In this document: positions 23,566 to 38,600 of the stretch, piece after piece
How the letters are laid out: the number at the start of each line of letters is the position of its first letter
How positions within the stretch are numbered: the stretch's first letter is position 1
Assembly (NCBI RefSeq): GCF_022539665.2
Contig: NC_081331.1
Location: 2,294,001 to 2,358,000, forward strand
Reading direction: 5' to 3'
Length of the DNA stretch: 64,000 nt
Origin: Daphnia carinata
Lineage: Eukaryota
The notes under the pieces: generated by a model
What the model was told of the DNA's origin: nothing
Databases searched by the model: none
What the model saw: only the letters and a program-made list of their open reading frames with translations
Made by a program: the position numbers and the translations under genes

Positions 23566-25750
23566 ATGAAGAGCCCTCGTCAGGCCGCCAACGTTACGGG
23601 CGTCCGCAGTTATTATCACGGACGGCACACCTTGGAGCGGATATGTCGCCGGATCGCCGCATCCAACGTAGTCGGCACTTTGACAGCGAGAGTGTCTAAG
23701 AAAAGCCATGGAAGTAGAAGGAGCAGTCAAGGGGCGAGTATTCGCGCTAAATCGTCCGCTAGTTCCGTCCAGCAGGATCATCCGCAAAGTGGAGTTCTCC
23801 AGAAAAGGAGTCATCAACTTTCACAACAGCGGCTGGAACGGGCCAGGTCTCGGAGGAAGGCTAGAGAACGACAACTCCAAAAAGTAGTGGAAAATGTAGA
23901 TATTTTAACTCGATTACTAATTCAATCAATTAAACAAATTTGCGGTGCTTAAAATGTGTGCCAATCTTTACAGGTTTGGGAGAACGACATGTCATCCGGT
24001 TCCGAAGAAGTTTTGAGGAATTCAAACGATTCGTTAAACGCATCATCGATTGCTGAAGAGATCAGCACGGACGACTCTTTCGGTCATATGAATATGAGCG
24101 CACGCAGTCGATCCAAAAAATCCAGCCAGCATGAACATAAATCAGGCTGCTTACCAGTCGGTTACATTCCGCAAGTAAAACAACGTGTTCTCTCTTCGAT
24201 GCGTGAAACAAAATTTTTTTTTTACTAACAGTTTTTTTTTTCTTTCTGGTCAGTTGATATGTTCGGCAATATTATCGTTGGGAAATTTGAATATCGGATT
24301 TATGTTGGCTTATCATAGCCTAGCACCGGTCAACCATCTGCCGACCAATAGTCCCAACTGGCTTGCACCTTGGATTTTGAATCTCTTCAACTTGGGAGGA
24401 TTATTAGGAGCCCTACTTTCTTCTCTCGCTTTGAATAAAGGTGACTATCAATTAAACATTTCTTTTTTAAGAAAAACCTGTTTTCCCTTAATCGTGTCAG
24501 TTCTTTCGTTTAAAAGGTAGAAAAAGGCCGTTGATGGTTACCGTCTTGATTCTAATAGCTTCTTGGTTGATGGTTATTTTATCGCACAACTCGTCAATGA
24601 TCTTCGGCGCCCGTCTTATCGGTAAAAAAAAAAATAAACCGCTAGAAAAAACGGCCTTAGACGTGTAACAAACGAGTTCTGATTTCTAACGACGTAAATT
24701 TCTTTTTCACACACAGGGGGGATCGCTGCGGGAATCATAACGGTGGTCAATCAAGTTTATATAGCCGAACTGGCATCGCCTCGACACCGCGGCAGTCTCG
24801 GTGTTTTGCCCACCTGTTTCGGTCTGGCCGGCACGCTCCTCTGTTTCGGTTTATCTTACAGCGTCTCTTGGCGGAACATTTCCATCGCCGGAGCCGCCAT
24901 GAACGGACCGTATCTCCTTCTGTTGCTCTTCTACCTGCCCGACTCGCCGCGCTGGCTACTGAGACAGGGGAAAATCCCTTCGGCAGCTGCTAGTCTTAAG
25001 CGTCTCGCTTCTCTGGATCAATTGTCTGATATGCGCGATGCTTACGATCTACTGAAATTGAGCGGCCATGACGGTGGCCTACTCAAAAAGCCGTTCATGT
25101 TACCCGTTAGCATCGCTGGAGGGCTCATGTTCTTCAGTCAATTTTCAGGTGTTGATAGCGTGCTGACGTACGCCGCTGATCGATTCCGCGACCATTCTAA
25201 TTTCCCCATCGTCGTGCTTTACGGTGTCCAGCTGATCACGGCGCTCATCTGTTTCGGTACGGTGGACCGCAAAGGTCGCAAATGGCTTTTACTGGTATCT
25301 GCAGCCGCATCGGCCTTGTCCATGCTTTCGTTGGGACTTTACGTCCTGTGCGAGGACATTGGTGTCTTGGGTCAAACGAATTTGCGTTGGATTCCTGTTA
25401 GTTGCGTCATTGTTTATTGCGGTGCTTTCGCATTGGGATTAGGTCCCATACCGTGGCTTATCCTTGGCGAATTGTTGCCCATTAGAAGTCACGGAACAGC
25501 AACAGCCATCACCGCTGGTCTTTTTTGGGGCCCTTCGTTAGTAGTGACAATGAGTTTTGGAGACATGCAAAATGCCATGTACTTGTCAGGCACCTTCTGG
25601 TTTTACACGATTTTCTGTCTCTTTGGCTATCTGTTTGTCCTTTTGGTCGTACCAGATATACGACCAGAGGCGACACTGGAACAGATTCAAATCTTCTTCA
25701 TGGCTAGCGACAAAAGAGAACACGACCAATGGAGTTTCGCTGTCGCCTGA
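23566..25750 (+). CDS. MFS sugar porter, facilitated trehalose transporter Tret1/GLUT8-like
   Basis: Motifs VYIAELASPRHRG, LPDSPRWLL, FSQFSG, VDRKGRK and GLGPIPWLILGELLP. Approximate exons are 23566-23883, 23974-24174, 24253-24440, 24517-24621 and 24717-25750. The start codon and first two exons are less certain than the core. Confidence 0.88.
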
Positions 25751-28272
25751 AGCAAGCGCGACATACACCAGTTTCTCTTTTAAATTTAGAATGAAGAACG
25801 CCCTTTAAATTGCAGCTGTTCTACAACAGACATTAAAAAAAGAAAATCATAATCAAGTGAAACAAAAAAAAAAACAGTGGGATATCCCGGAAGACGACAA
25901 TCTACACCTGCTTGTACATATACCAGTATATCTATATTTTTAACGCATAAAACAAGATCCCCCATCAGTCTATGTACCTCAATGTAATCCCTCCTAAAAC
26001 AAAACAAAAAATTCTTTACATTGTATGATCGTAAAAGAGTTGTGCCAGATGTCGACCTGTGTAACGCGGGCGTTGTTCCAACGAAAGATTTACCTAATGT
26101 TCAATTATTTATGGCAGTACCATAAAAGAAACAAACTCTGGTTTGGTACAGTGACTTTCTCATTTTCCCGGAGACAATTTTTTGATGTTGTTGAGCAACT
26201 CTCGGCTTAGATTGTACAGCAGGTCTATTAAACATCAGCGCTTATTGGAGACATTCCATTTCTCTGCCTATTAAAAAAAAACGAAAAGAAAGAAGAGAGA
26301 GACGAATAGATAAGACGATATCAGCATGCGAGCACGGTCCATTATTGGTTGTGTCGGATTGTCTACTGTCTGGACGAGCCGTCGCACTTTACATCATCGA
26401 TCCTGGGCACTGAAAAGATCGAGCTTTAGGATCGTGCCATATTCGGTGTTCATTTTAGCTTGTCTGCTCATTTCCAAAAAGACTTAGCGCAGCTATAAAG
26501 AAAAAGTTTCCAAGTTTGTCGACTCGGTGACAATCGGTCGACACAAGTCAGACGACTGTCGTGAAAGAAAAAAAAACTGATATAAAAAATGCGCAGCTCA
26601 CGACGAAACGAATTACAAATCAGGTAGGGAAAATGAATAGGAGACAAGAAAAAATAGATGGCATGTCTGTTGAGGTGGTCGCATAAATTGTCGCGATCGT
26701 ATAAGTCAGAGACGCGGGGCACAATCGTTACCATCCCGATTTTATTTTCACCTCCTCACTGTTTTCTTCAATGCCATGGCGACACAGACACACACAAAAA
26801 AAGGATATATATATATATACCTGGAAACTTGTTGGGTGCCATCTTTTCAGTCACGAAACTCATGTTCGCCATCGAAAAGTAATCGACGTCAATAGGAAGC
26901 TTATTTGTTACGAGTGTCATTAACTCGATGGTTTAAACGACATTTCACGCGCTCGAGCAAGAATAATTATTACGCTTGAAAAAAGGAAAGAATTATGGTA
27001 CATTTTCAAAGAAAAAACCTCAATAAAAAGAAGAACGATCATCATAAAGACGTTTGTTATTATCAGTCAAGAGAAATGTTAAGATGATAGAAACCCTCGT
27101 CCGGATGTCGAACGCATATTCAAAGAATGTCATTTTACAGAGTGAGCTGTTTCATTTTGGACACTGATGGACGAGCTAGACATTCCCGAATACATTTCGG
27201 TGGACGGGCAGGACGCAACGAGCTTTTCGTGCCGGATTGAATTCAAGAAAAAGAGAAAAGACACAAGCGTTGTTCGTTCACCCGTGTAGCAAAAGGGGGG
27301 AAATCCAAACGTGTGAGATCCATTCTTATTATATTCTGTCGACGTAGACGTGTGCATGCGTGCGAGTGCCAGTCAAGTTGGCCAGCTTTTTTTTTTTCCG
27401 AAATATAGGCCTACTTTCAGTATTTCAGGTTCAGCTGTTTTCTCCTTTTTTTTTAAATGCAGGGCACTAAAAATAAAGAACCCAGCCAAGTTTTCGTTTT
27501 TTTTTTCTCGAGCTACTGTCCATATAGAAAGGGAAATGAAGTGGCCCTTCTAGGCCACACTTGATTTTTCGAGATATGATTCGGCGAGAACGGCCCTATA
27601 TGGGATGGACCTCCGATATATAAAAAAAAAAAATATGTACATATAGATGGAGGCCATCAATTTATAGGATCACGACTAAGCAATCGTAGCGTGTTCTTGC
27701 ATCAGGTGCGAAAATTGCAGTTCATTTCCCAACCCAAAATAGGTGCGTTGGCTCAAGAGGAAAACGAAGTGGATACAGGCTGGCTCGTTGGAATGTTCCT
27801 AAACTTAACGGAATAAGATTGTGTTTCAAAATATAACCTCAAAAATAAGATGGATATTCCACATAGGTATAGTTCAATATTTGATTGCCCTCCGCCGTAA
27901 AAGGGAAAGATACGGTGCGAGGCAATACATCTTTGCGTGCGCCGTTGTCAGATGGTAAAAAGCTTTAGGAAATCTTATATTCAACAGGGATGTATAGGGG
28001 GAGTGAAAACGAAAACCTCTATGGTACGTAGGGGGTAGCGATGGGAAAAAAAAAAAAAACAACTCGAGACTCGAACGGGGAAGAAAAACGAGACGGTCTG
28101 GCACGCGCTTCAATGGGGAATCCAGTCGTGTGTCTCACTTGCTACGGTCGACTTGTAGAGTCGGTCGCAGAAGTATGACCACATGAAAAAGGTCTTTGTT
28201 ACAGTTTGTATATGTTAGAACATCATCAAAAGTTTAGGGTATCAATCAACGAGCTTCATATCGAGCGGAGAA

Positions 28273-28670
28273 ATGCCAAAAATCATTTCTCTGATATTGC
28301 TGGCCACAGCTGGAACGGTGTTGATGAGTGAATTGAAGTGGATGACTGGCACAACAACACAAGTGACGAAAAGAAGCGGAACTGTGACGGATTTAGCCAG
28401 CATCTACGACAAGGCGACTAAACATCATCCAGCGATTGGCAACAAACGTCGCCATCACACTGGCCGGCTTCATGCCAACGGATGGACCACTCGGTCCGCG
28501 GCGGATCAACATCCGGTAGACACTGCGTTTCTTTCATCTTCGACGCCATCGAGTGTAGCAACTGAACAAGAAGTAGACCATATTTTTCATCACCAGAGAA
28601 ACAATAAACACGATGCCAACGTCACGGCTTCAGCGCAACCACAACAAACAACGCCACATCCTTATAACGG
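28273..28670 (+). CDS. Distal alternative first exon of the EGFL7/8-like gene (signal peptide plus His/Thr-rich linker)
   Basis: Starts MPKIISLILLATAGTVLMS (signal-peptide-like). Ends AAC GG|GTAAAA in phase 2, matching the phase-2 acceptor at 38346 to give PYNG-RHVC. Confidence 0.6.
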
Positions 28671-31600
28671 GTAAAAAGCTCTACATTTCTTTTGATTAAC
28701 TTAAGTATTTTTACATGCGATATATCCGATCTATTTTTTTTTTGGGGATCGCTAAACGAACGAAATTAATTCATTGGAATTAAGTTAAAGGACTCGCTCA
28801 ACAAGCAAATCGTTCCAGTGTGTGTGCGCGCATAAACCTATAGCCGCTTGAACACAGAGAATCAGGTTTTAGAAAAATCGGGAGAACAATAAAAACACGA
28901 CAAAAATGCAAAACGTCATGTTGAACCATTTCTTTTTCTTGATCTGTATAAGGTTATAAGTCCTGTTGGACAAGTCACAGCCCCTCCCTTTTTTTGTTTT
29001 CTCACTCATTCTGTCTCTTTTTTTAATCTTTCCTTTCGTTTCTAATTCCCGAGATAGAAATAATAATGAGACCACCTGTGCAGAAGTGAGGGCTCGTAAT
29101 CCTAGCAGCGAAACAACAAAGCCCATCGTCCAGAAAATAAATAATCATAAATGGGAAAGAGAAAACCCAAAACCAAATTTGAATAAAAGCTTTTTTTCCC
29201 CTTTGTTTCGTCTCCTTTCAAGCAGCTTCGCTTTTGTTTGCTATAGAGAAGGATAAAAAAATAAAATAAAAAAGAATTTCTTGTGTGTTGTGCGTGAACG
29301 ATTGACTGACTCTGGGTGGGATTGAGGAAAAAGAAACAGAAAAAAAAAAAAAAAGAAAACCGGCTGGTCGATGACGGCATGGACAAGTTTGAAAGGATGA
29401 AGTCTCCAGACTTGTATGCGCTGCTATACAGCTCATTAAGAGTCGAGCCCTTGATAAAGCTGCTACTTCTACAAGCAATACAAGCTCAATGTATCTCTTT
29501 CCTCCTGTTTTTATACTTGTTGTTTTTTATCGTGTTGCCCTTCTGTTTTCCGAGTCTCTCTTTTTGGCCATGGAGGAAAATGTTGTCTTGGTCGTTTTGG
29601 GAATCGTCTTTCTGCATATACTTGCGCTCGGTTCTCTTATTAACAATGTCGGCAGGGTAATTCATAAAAGCTCACGAGGCGTGTTGCATAACGTCACGAT
29701 AGAAAAACAAGGGCGTTCATTTTTGGGCAAAACTTTTCATACGGTAACGGAGGGGCAACGTGATCGAGTCGATCATTAGCGCCCAAACAAAAAACCGTTG
29801 TTTGTTTTTCTTATCTTCAGCAAAAGGTTTGTCTTCTTCTTTTGAGGGCGAGAAGAATCGTCTTCCTGTTTATGGTTGGCATCTTTCTTCATGTCGACTC
29901 TTTGGGCACCACCCGCAGTGCCTTTCCAAGGATTCTTCCAAGTTGGATTCACTCAAAAATCCATCCGTCAAATCTATTTCCAGTAGTTGTTACAACATAA
30001 CAACCCAAACGGCCTCCCCGACGATCACATCCACAAACAAGGCAGAATTTTTTTTTTTCTTTTTTCTTTTTTGATTGTCGAAAAAGAATTTTAAAAACTT
30101 TAATTTACTTCCCTTTTTTTTTTCAAACTATCATATTACCACCGCTCATCTTCAAAAGTATCAAATCACCCTCCCCAAAAAAAGGAATTGAAAAATGTAA
30201 GGGGATCGAGTGTTGGGGGTCACAAAAACTTTGTAGCGGAAGAAATCCGTTTAGGAATTGCGGCGACCCTTTAATATCCGTCATTGACGGAGAAACTCAA
30301 CTGCAGGCCACATATTTTATGTTTTTTAGAGACTTGTACGTCATCTCTATGGAGGATGACGCTACGGCCGACTAGCATTTTTTGTATAAACATCCAATTT
30401 AGAATTTTTTTTTTTTTTTTTTTTTTTTTTTTCTAAATAAGAAAAGAGACGAATCATTCGGCTAACGTGCGCCGACAAAAGTCTTTGCCAGCCAAAGAGA
30501 GCAGAAAACAAAAGAGAAACAAAAAGGGGAAACAACCACACAGTTGATGATTTAAAGATTGTTGATGATGTCCTTATACATCGTTTCAAAACGAATTTAC
30601 GGCTCTCTATTTTTTTTTTAAGGCTTTTGGCGATCGCGGCCGTAACTCACTTTAGGGGGATCTTTTATTTATTTAGATTTTTTTATGATATTTTCTTTTT
30701 GCTGGACAAGATTTTTTTTTTTTTTTTTTTGATGCCCCCTTTATGTTGAACTTATACATAACTGTGGACAAAACTGATTTGAATAGGATGATGGGAATCA
30801 CCTGTTTAGGTGGTGGGCAATGACGCAAAAATTCCGGATTGAAATCAGCAGAAAATATTTAAGATTTAGATCAGCAAAAAAAAAAAAAAAAACTTTGCCA
30901 AAAATCTGTTGGGATTTTTTCTCCGAAGAAGAAATCGTAAAAATCAATATGAAATGGGCACACGAGAAAAAAAAAAAAAAAAAAAGGGGGGAAGAAAAGA
31001 ATCATGTCCATAAACAAAGGAGCAACGAAAACTATGGCCGTCAGCCAATTCGGTGTTGTATTTGGTAAAAATGGGCGCGACGCAGGTTGTAACCAGCAAA
31101 AAGGAACGCGGTTCACGCGGTCCAAACCGACAGAAAAGGGAGGGCAATATTTCATAATGACAACAATCCGTTCGTACCAACGTCGACATCAATTGATTAT
31201 CTAGCATTGCAATAGTGATGCCTTTTGATTGAAATCCAGCGAATGTGTGTCCCGCATGTCCACCACCCATTTTAAAGTTGGAAGGCCTTTTTTCCGCTAT
31301 CTTTGCAGTACACACAATAGGTTTACATACCAAGGAATATATTAAATCGATGGTGATTGATTGGGCGTCATAAAATGCAGCACATCAACAACCGCAATAC
31401 CAGCACATAAAAACGAGGAGGACATGACCATCCTATTTTTGTTGTTGTTCGCGGCGTGTTTAAAAAGTGGACACTTTTTTTTTTTTTTTTTTTTGCACTC
31501 GACTCAACTTTCCCGTTGTCTTTTATAACACGTTGTTCGGCTAGCCGAAATTCACGGATTGGCTTATCTGAAAGAAAACTGGGAGTTCAAAGAATTTTTT

Positions 31601-32591
31601 TCGAAAAGTTTAGGTTATTGACGCAAAATGACAGACTTCCGCAATCCGGATAAACGCCAGCGCTGTCCTCTCCTCAGAAAATTCTTTCGTTTGCTTTTTT
31701 TTTTTTACGAAATCGGATTCACTTCGATTAGTTTTATGATGGGGAAATCGAACCGTGATTAAATCTACTCACAGACAGAGAAAAGAAGAATCGTCTGCGT
31801 GAAATTCTTTTTTTCTCGTGTAAAAAACTGTGTGCTGCATAAAAATATATGACACAATCCAAAATGCGACCTGGCCATTGTTACCGGCTCTTATTTTGGC
31901 GGTCGTTTTTGTCGAGCCATAGATACAGGTGAAAATACCAGCGGCCGTCCAAGAATCTAAACATTCAAGTCCCATCCATCACTTTGTCTTCGTTTTCTTT
32001 TCTCGTATTCTTCGAGCGCCACGCAAAGAAAAGCCCTCTCTCTTTTAGTTTTTTTTTCCCTTTTCTGTTCAATTTCGCATGTGTATAAACAGGTGATATC
32101 GTCATTGAGAATCGCTCGAGTTTTTTTTTTTTTTAATGCGAAGGAATTTTCTTGCATATTTTGAACGATAATTGGTAAATGACTTCATGACCACATAGAC
32201 CCTCCGGGCCGACGTATACGCAAATTCCCGTTATTCGGTTGCTGGATCATTGTGATTCGTCTTCTTCTGAAGATGATCAAGAAAAACAAGAGACGACGAA
32301 ACGAAAAAAAAAAAAGTATATATAAATCAAGATGTTATTAGTAGCAGAAGCCGCCATGAATACCATAGCAACCATCCAATAGTATACACGGCAGGTGGTG
32401 TCGGGTTGTAATAGTCGACCGTGAATAAATCACACCATGTTTCCCTGTTTTTCTCGTGAAACCTACACGTGGCGATTGGTCGTGAATGGCATCTAACGAG
32501 AAAAATAACAATAGCCAAACGCGCGTCCGATTGCGTTTTCTCGCTCGTATCGGCCGCGGGAAAAAAGAAACACGACAAGATACGACGAATA

Positions 32592-32636
<45 letters not shown>

Positions 32637-35600
32637 TTATGGGCTTGTACCATGCGACATTGCGTGTGATTTAGAACGTCAGTCAAAGAAAAAGATCTTT
32701 TTCGTGTTTTCGAATAGAGAATATCATTTTTTCTTTTTACCTGTCCGGCTGCGTTAAAATCTTGTGGCCTTAGTTGACACAAGGCACTAGACGTAATGCC
32801 CTCGTCTTTCGACGGCAAATGTGACCACTACACCGTTTTTCCGAAGATAACTCGCATTTGACATAAATATAAACGAAGTTGCCCCTGCTGGTGCCAACGC
32901 ATCGGGTGGTCGCTATTTTTGGTTGCGGTCGTAATCTAACGAGCAAAATACAGTAGATGACATTTTTCGGGGTTTTTATTGAATTGTGACGGCAATAAAT
33001 TCTAGGGAAACAGGGTTTAAATATTACGCTAAAAGCCACACCCCGAAAGAGTTCAGTAGACGGTGAGAAAAGAAAAAGGCTTGGTCAAAATCTTGATGTT
33101 TCCTCTATTCCAACAAACGCCACAAGGTAATCAGATACAAAGTGATGGGTGCAGCAAACGGCAGCAACTGGTCATTTGACGGGCAAAAGAGGAAGAAGAA
33201 TTGATTTGACACTGGTTTGTTTAGGAAAACGAAAAATAACATTCTTTTTCTTTGAATGATAACCATAGTTCTTTTCGAAAAAATTCTTAACAGCCGCTGG
33301 TCGTAAAGTAAAATCAACTCTTTTCTCTCTTGACTAAAGAAAAACTTATTTTGCCTCTAGTATATTTTAGTTTTTTTTTTTTTTCGTTTTTAACGAGCAG
33401 ACGCCGTCTTCCGAAGAGACATTTTATAGACGTTCAACGATGACCACAGAAAGTCATAGTCGTCAAATTGAGTTAGTGTTGAACGAGACAATGACTTGGG
33501 CCATTAAAAATTATGAAACGAGAAAGGAAAGAAAAAGTTCCAGATCGTTAAAAAAATAGAACTAGAAAAGCCAAAAAAAAAAAAAAAGGAGAAAGAAAAA
33601 TAACATTACGCCGCATAGTCGTACAAAAAGCTAATAAATCTACATATACACAGTACACCTTTTCCCTATGCAGATACACTTCGGTCGGGGAATTTCAAAA
33701 AAAAAAAAAAAAAAAAGGCCATATGTGGTTAATTAAATATACTTGAAAAGCCTGAGGGGATTATACCGTCAGCTGGAAATGGAACAATAGCAAACAACAC
33801 GGACACGCTTCATTACAATAAAGCAAAAAGAAAACAATACGCTAGGACAGCATTTCTCAAAAAAAAAAAAAAAAAGCCAATAGATCGTAAAAAGAGCGAC
33901 CGTCTCAATTCGATTGCTTTTTCAAAGAGATGATGACTCGATTGATTAAGTAGTCGTGACAAGCGAACGAGATCCAGGTCATCGTACCCCCCGTTTTTGA
34001 TTACCCCACCGTGGGCAGACTAAGCAACGACATTTCGAAATGAACACAACATCCCCCGAAACTACGAAAGAAAGCGAATAACAAATAACACGAAGCGATG
34101 ATGAAGAGGAGAAAAACAAAGAAAAGCAACAAGCAGAAAATGATAAGCGCCCTATTATTTCCTTTTGATTAACTGTTCAATAGCTGTTGATGCGTGCAAT
34201 AGAAGCAGACAAGCCGAAGAATAAAAGTGAAAGAGACGCAATGTTGACTCTGATGGGATATGGTACCGTATGCACAGCCTTGAACAAATCCATTAAAAAA
34301 GCCTTGATTCGATCTGATGCCCATCCGTCAAGGATTGCACGCGAACGGCTGACGGCCACCACTCATCGGCACTTTTATCCCTTTCTCCTTTCCACCAGTT
34401 TCAACTTTGTCAGTCGACTATCGTCAGTAGTAATGCATATATACATTAGAAATGCTCTTTTCTCTCCCCCCCCCCCTCCCAAACACATTATGTATATCAA
34501 ACATGTATTGTATAACCAACACCTGTGTGCTCGTCTATCAATCCGAAATCAATCGTCTCAGCCCCGGAATACAAATTCGTGGGAGCCGACCAGTCATGCG
34601 CCCAGCTGCTCTCGCACAAGGCCGCTATAAGAAAAAATTGCAAAACAAAAGAAGAAAGATTCCTTTTTTTTCCAGCCCGCCGGACATGTATGCTTAATGG
34701 AAGCAACTGAGGGAATACCAACATACATTTCCCGACTGCGTTTTCTTTTGTTGTTCAAGGTGGTCACATAACAAAAAACAAGTCACTACTACTACATGTG
34801 CTGCCGCTGGAACCGCAAACTCATGTATGCAACATTTGTTTTTTCATTAAATCTTTGGCATCGATGGACGTGTGGGAGTAAGGATGACGACCGAAGAGAA
34901 AGAATGAACGAACGGACGCAACGAAAGACAGAGAATGCCCTGAGTGGAAAGCGAAAATAGCGGCTCTCTGCGCAAGATCATTCTCGTGCAAAGCACGGCG
35001 CAACATTGACGGCACGTCGTGAATCAAACCGTAGCTCCGGGAGACTTGCGCCCAAAGAATCAAGGACATACATGCTTTTTTTTCTAGCTCTTTCTCTGTA
35101 TCCCGCCATTCCATATTCAAACTATTTTTTTTTTTTTATATCGCAAGGCTTGGCATCATTAAATGAATGACAATCAACATCCGGAAAACGGGGAATCTCG
35201 GTTCCGGGATAGAGAAAAACAAATCACGAAGGGCAAAACGCTGTTGATAAAGCGTAGTAAAGTAACCACTATATAGTATTTAGTCGTTGTACTATTAGTA
35301 GGTAAGGTAGTCAAAAGTGCAGTAGAAAGCAGGCCAAGACCCGAGCGCTTCCTTTCTGCTGGCGGGGAACGCGTTCACTCGCGCACCGTCTGCCCGTTCA
35401 CAAGTGGCAATATGGTGGGCATGTTGGCTGGCTGCTTGTTTCAGTGCTCGTTCGTCTTAGTCAAGACAAACAGCCTTTTTGCTGGCTTGTGCAAAAGATT
35501 GTATCGCTCGCGTTTCTAGTACCATCATCAATGCCATGTCTTTTTGACAATCCGGGGCAGTGCGGTAGCAGCCGGAACTGAAACGCTCGATCCGGCCGCT

Positions 35601-35698
35601 AACTGACTAATTCATCCTTTTTTTTTCGGATTTCTTTCTTTCTTCTTTTTTTGCGCCAATTTTACAAAAAAAAAAAAAATAATAATAATAATAAAGAA

Positions 35699-38600
35699 AT
35701 GTGCTCAAGTGTAGTGAAACGATCACTAGTGATTTTAATCATCCAGTGCTGCTGGTGTTTGACTCGCATCGTTGTCGACAGCAGTCGGGTAGGATTGACG
35801 GAAAATGAAAAGCAATCTGCCTTCGAGCAGTTGTTGGGTAAAACTGGCCGGTTAAGAATGTCAGGATCGTCTCAGACGTTACTCGAATCAACAACGACGT
35901 TACCTCCGACCATCATGTCGATTGCCATGCCGATCATGTTGAGTGATGAAGAGGCCAAAAGGCACGATCGGCGGCATGCTATCCACCATCAAAAGAAAAA
36001 CAACAAAAAGGATCATTCCAAACGTCAACATCATGCTGGGTATTATACTTTTCAGTTCCATCTTGGAGAAAAAAAAACCCCCACTTTTATCGATTTGTGT
36101 TCATAAAGAATCTCGTGAAAATCGTTACGCTCTTCGCGTAATGACCCACTTGTGTAAGGAAAGCAAACGTCTTTTTAAAGGGATAGTGTAGTGTTCGTTT
36201 TTTTTTTCACTCGGTTGATGGGCAAAACGAGGCGGGAATTATTATCTCAACAAGAGCCGACACCCCATCATTAGCTCTAGTGATGAAGAATTGTTTTGAT
36301 TAGACATGCCACTGTGGGGGCAAAACCTGCAAACTTCATTTGTAGGCAACACCTGTTATTCTTTTCCCAACAAAACCGAAAGTTACGGAAATGAACAACA
36401 ACAAATGGTTGACAGGAAAAAGACCCTTAAATAAGAACGGAAACGGCTGGAGCGTGTCGCCAGTTCTAGCAGTCTGGGCTCGAATTTCCATGACTGCACT
36501 TGACTTGTCTACGTGTCTTGCCTTGTGTCCGTGAGAAAAGAAAACGATGCTATGCAGCTTGCTTTAAAGAAAAACATCCAATACGACGAATTTACTGACG
36601 TCTAGTCATAACGAATCGTATAGTAATAGAAGAGCACAGCTTTAATTTTATTATTCTTTAACTACTTCACGTCGGATCGTCCCGCTGACGAATGTGACAC
36701 AAGGCTGCGGTACCCGGCAGTCGTTAACCGTTTCTCGCGTTGGTATATATATTTTTTTTTTTTTGACGACAGTCTAATAACAAAAGCCCTCATCACACGG
36801 TGAGACAGAGCAAAAACTTTCGGCCATAAAAGACGATACAAGGAAGAAAATGAAGAGGATAAAAAAAAAAACAGACCGTAATGATAAAAAGTCCTTGTCC
36901 GTTGGCACTAAACGCAAGCAACAGGCCACGGTCCCTTGCTAGATAATTCGAAATCAAACGACCCCCCCCCCCCCTAATCCTAGGCCTCTTTTTCGTATGA
37001 GAGTGCGCAACTTTCTTTATTACAATATCCTTTTTTTTTTTTCTTCCCATGTGACTTAACTCATATTTCCTAACATATACTCTGACCTCCATTTGTTTTT
37101 TTTTTGTTTTTTTTTCTCATGTTCGTTACATAGTCAAAGTATATGTAACGTCATCGCATGGATCGATGCCAAAATTGCTCTTAATGGCCTCAAGTTATAA
37201 GAAAACGGGAGAGCAAAAGAAAAAAAGAGTTCTAGCCAAGTTAGTCGTTGTTTTTAACGATTTCTAACGATCGTTAAGGTATACAGTGCCGCTTTATACG
37301 ATACCGGACCAAAGAGAAACAAAACACCTTTTAAAAAAACAAAACAAAGAATTAAGGAAAAGTAAAAAAAAAGAATGAAAGAAAAGGAAGGACGTTTCCT
37401 TGTTTTCTTTTTTTTCCCCTTTTTTCACTAATAAAAAAAAACTGCGCGAGCCAGAGGAGGCCGTCGGCATCCCAGCCTTCTTCGGCAATCACAAAGATCC
37501 TCCTCCCCAATTTTAGTTTCTCTCTAACAATTGAGAGACACTAAAGAAAAAGAGGAAAAAAAAAAAAAAAAGTCACCGTGAAAGATGTGGGAGGGGTAGC
37601 CAAAGTTTAAAGGGCTCGGCACGAGCGGCGACAGACGGATGACTTAAGATGCCGCCTCTATTTCTTTTTGCTTTCCAGTAAAAGATCCTCGTAGGTGGAT
37701 TATATAGGAAAAGACGAAAAAAAAAATGCGCGAATAAAACATACCGGGGTTCGACTATAGAACTACGCGTATCTACAATCACGATGGCGTGCCCTTTCTG
37801 CATACATATTCATCAGGAAACAATCAGGTTGCAGCATGACGTTGCAGCCATGTTGGCCAGATAAAAGGAAAAAGGGGGGAAAAGGTCGTTTGCAACAACA
37901 GCAAAAGAACTTTTAACGACATTGGAATGCTCTTTAGCCTCTGAACTGGGCCGTCGAAACACATTCGCTCTAATCGCTCTTTGATTTATCCTCTTTGAAT
38001 TGGGGGTCTCTTCGCCTTTTTGGCAAATCGGCAACAACAAAGTTGTGCATTCGAAGGAGGATCGAAAGACACCAATAACAGAACAGGTTTGCCTCTCTTT
38101 TTTCCCGTTTTCTTTTGTGCGACTCTTCGCTGAAGTCGTGAAGGGTATTCAAAGGGCGATCACGATGCATTCGTCACATGTTACTTCGACCCAATAGCCA
38201 ATCGATGCAAGGTGCGCGAAGCGAATTAGCTAATAGAATTTACAAATTGGCGTATTGAAAAGAAAAGTTCTCTCCGCATCGCATAACGATGTTATAACAA
38301 AACAAAACATTACAACACACATTATCTGATTTTCCTATTTGACAGACGGCACGTTTGCACGCACGAAGAGACGATAACACGACCGATCAGAGTGGTGGAA
38401 TCCTATTGCAAACCAGCCTATAAATCGTTCACTCAACGTTGTAGCAACGGCACTATGTGCACGGCCTTCAGGTAAACGCAGCATTTTTTTCCTACCTTTC
38501 TGTTATCTCGATTTGTGTTTTGTTGTTGGACGTTTTGAATTGTCGAATGACCGTGAAAAAGGGAAAAAAAAAAAGTAACGTCTGACGTTCTCTGTGACAT

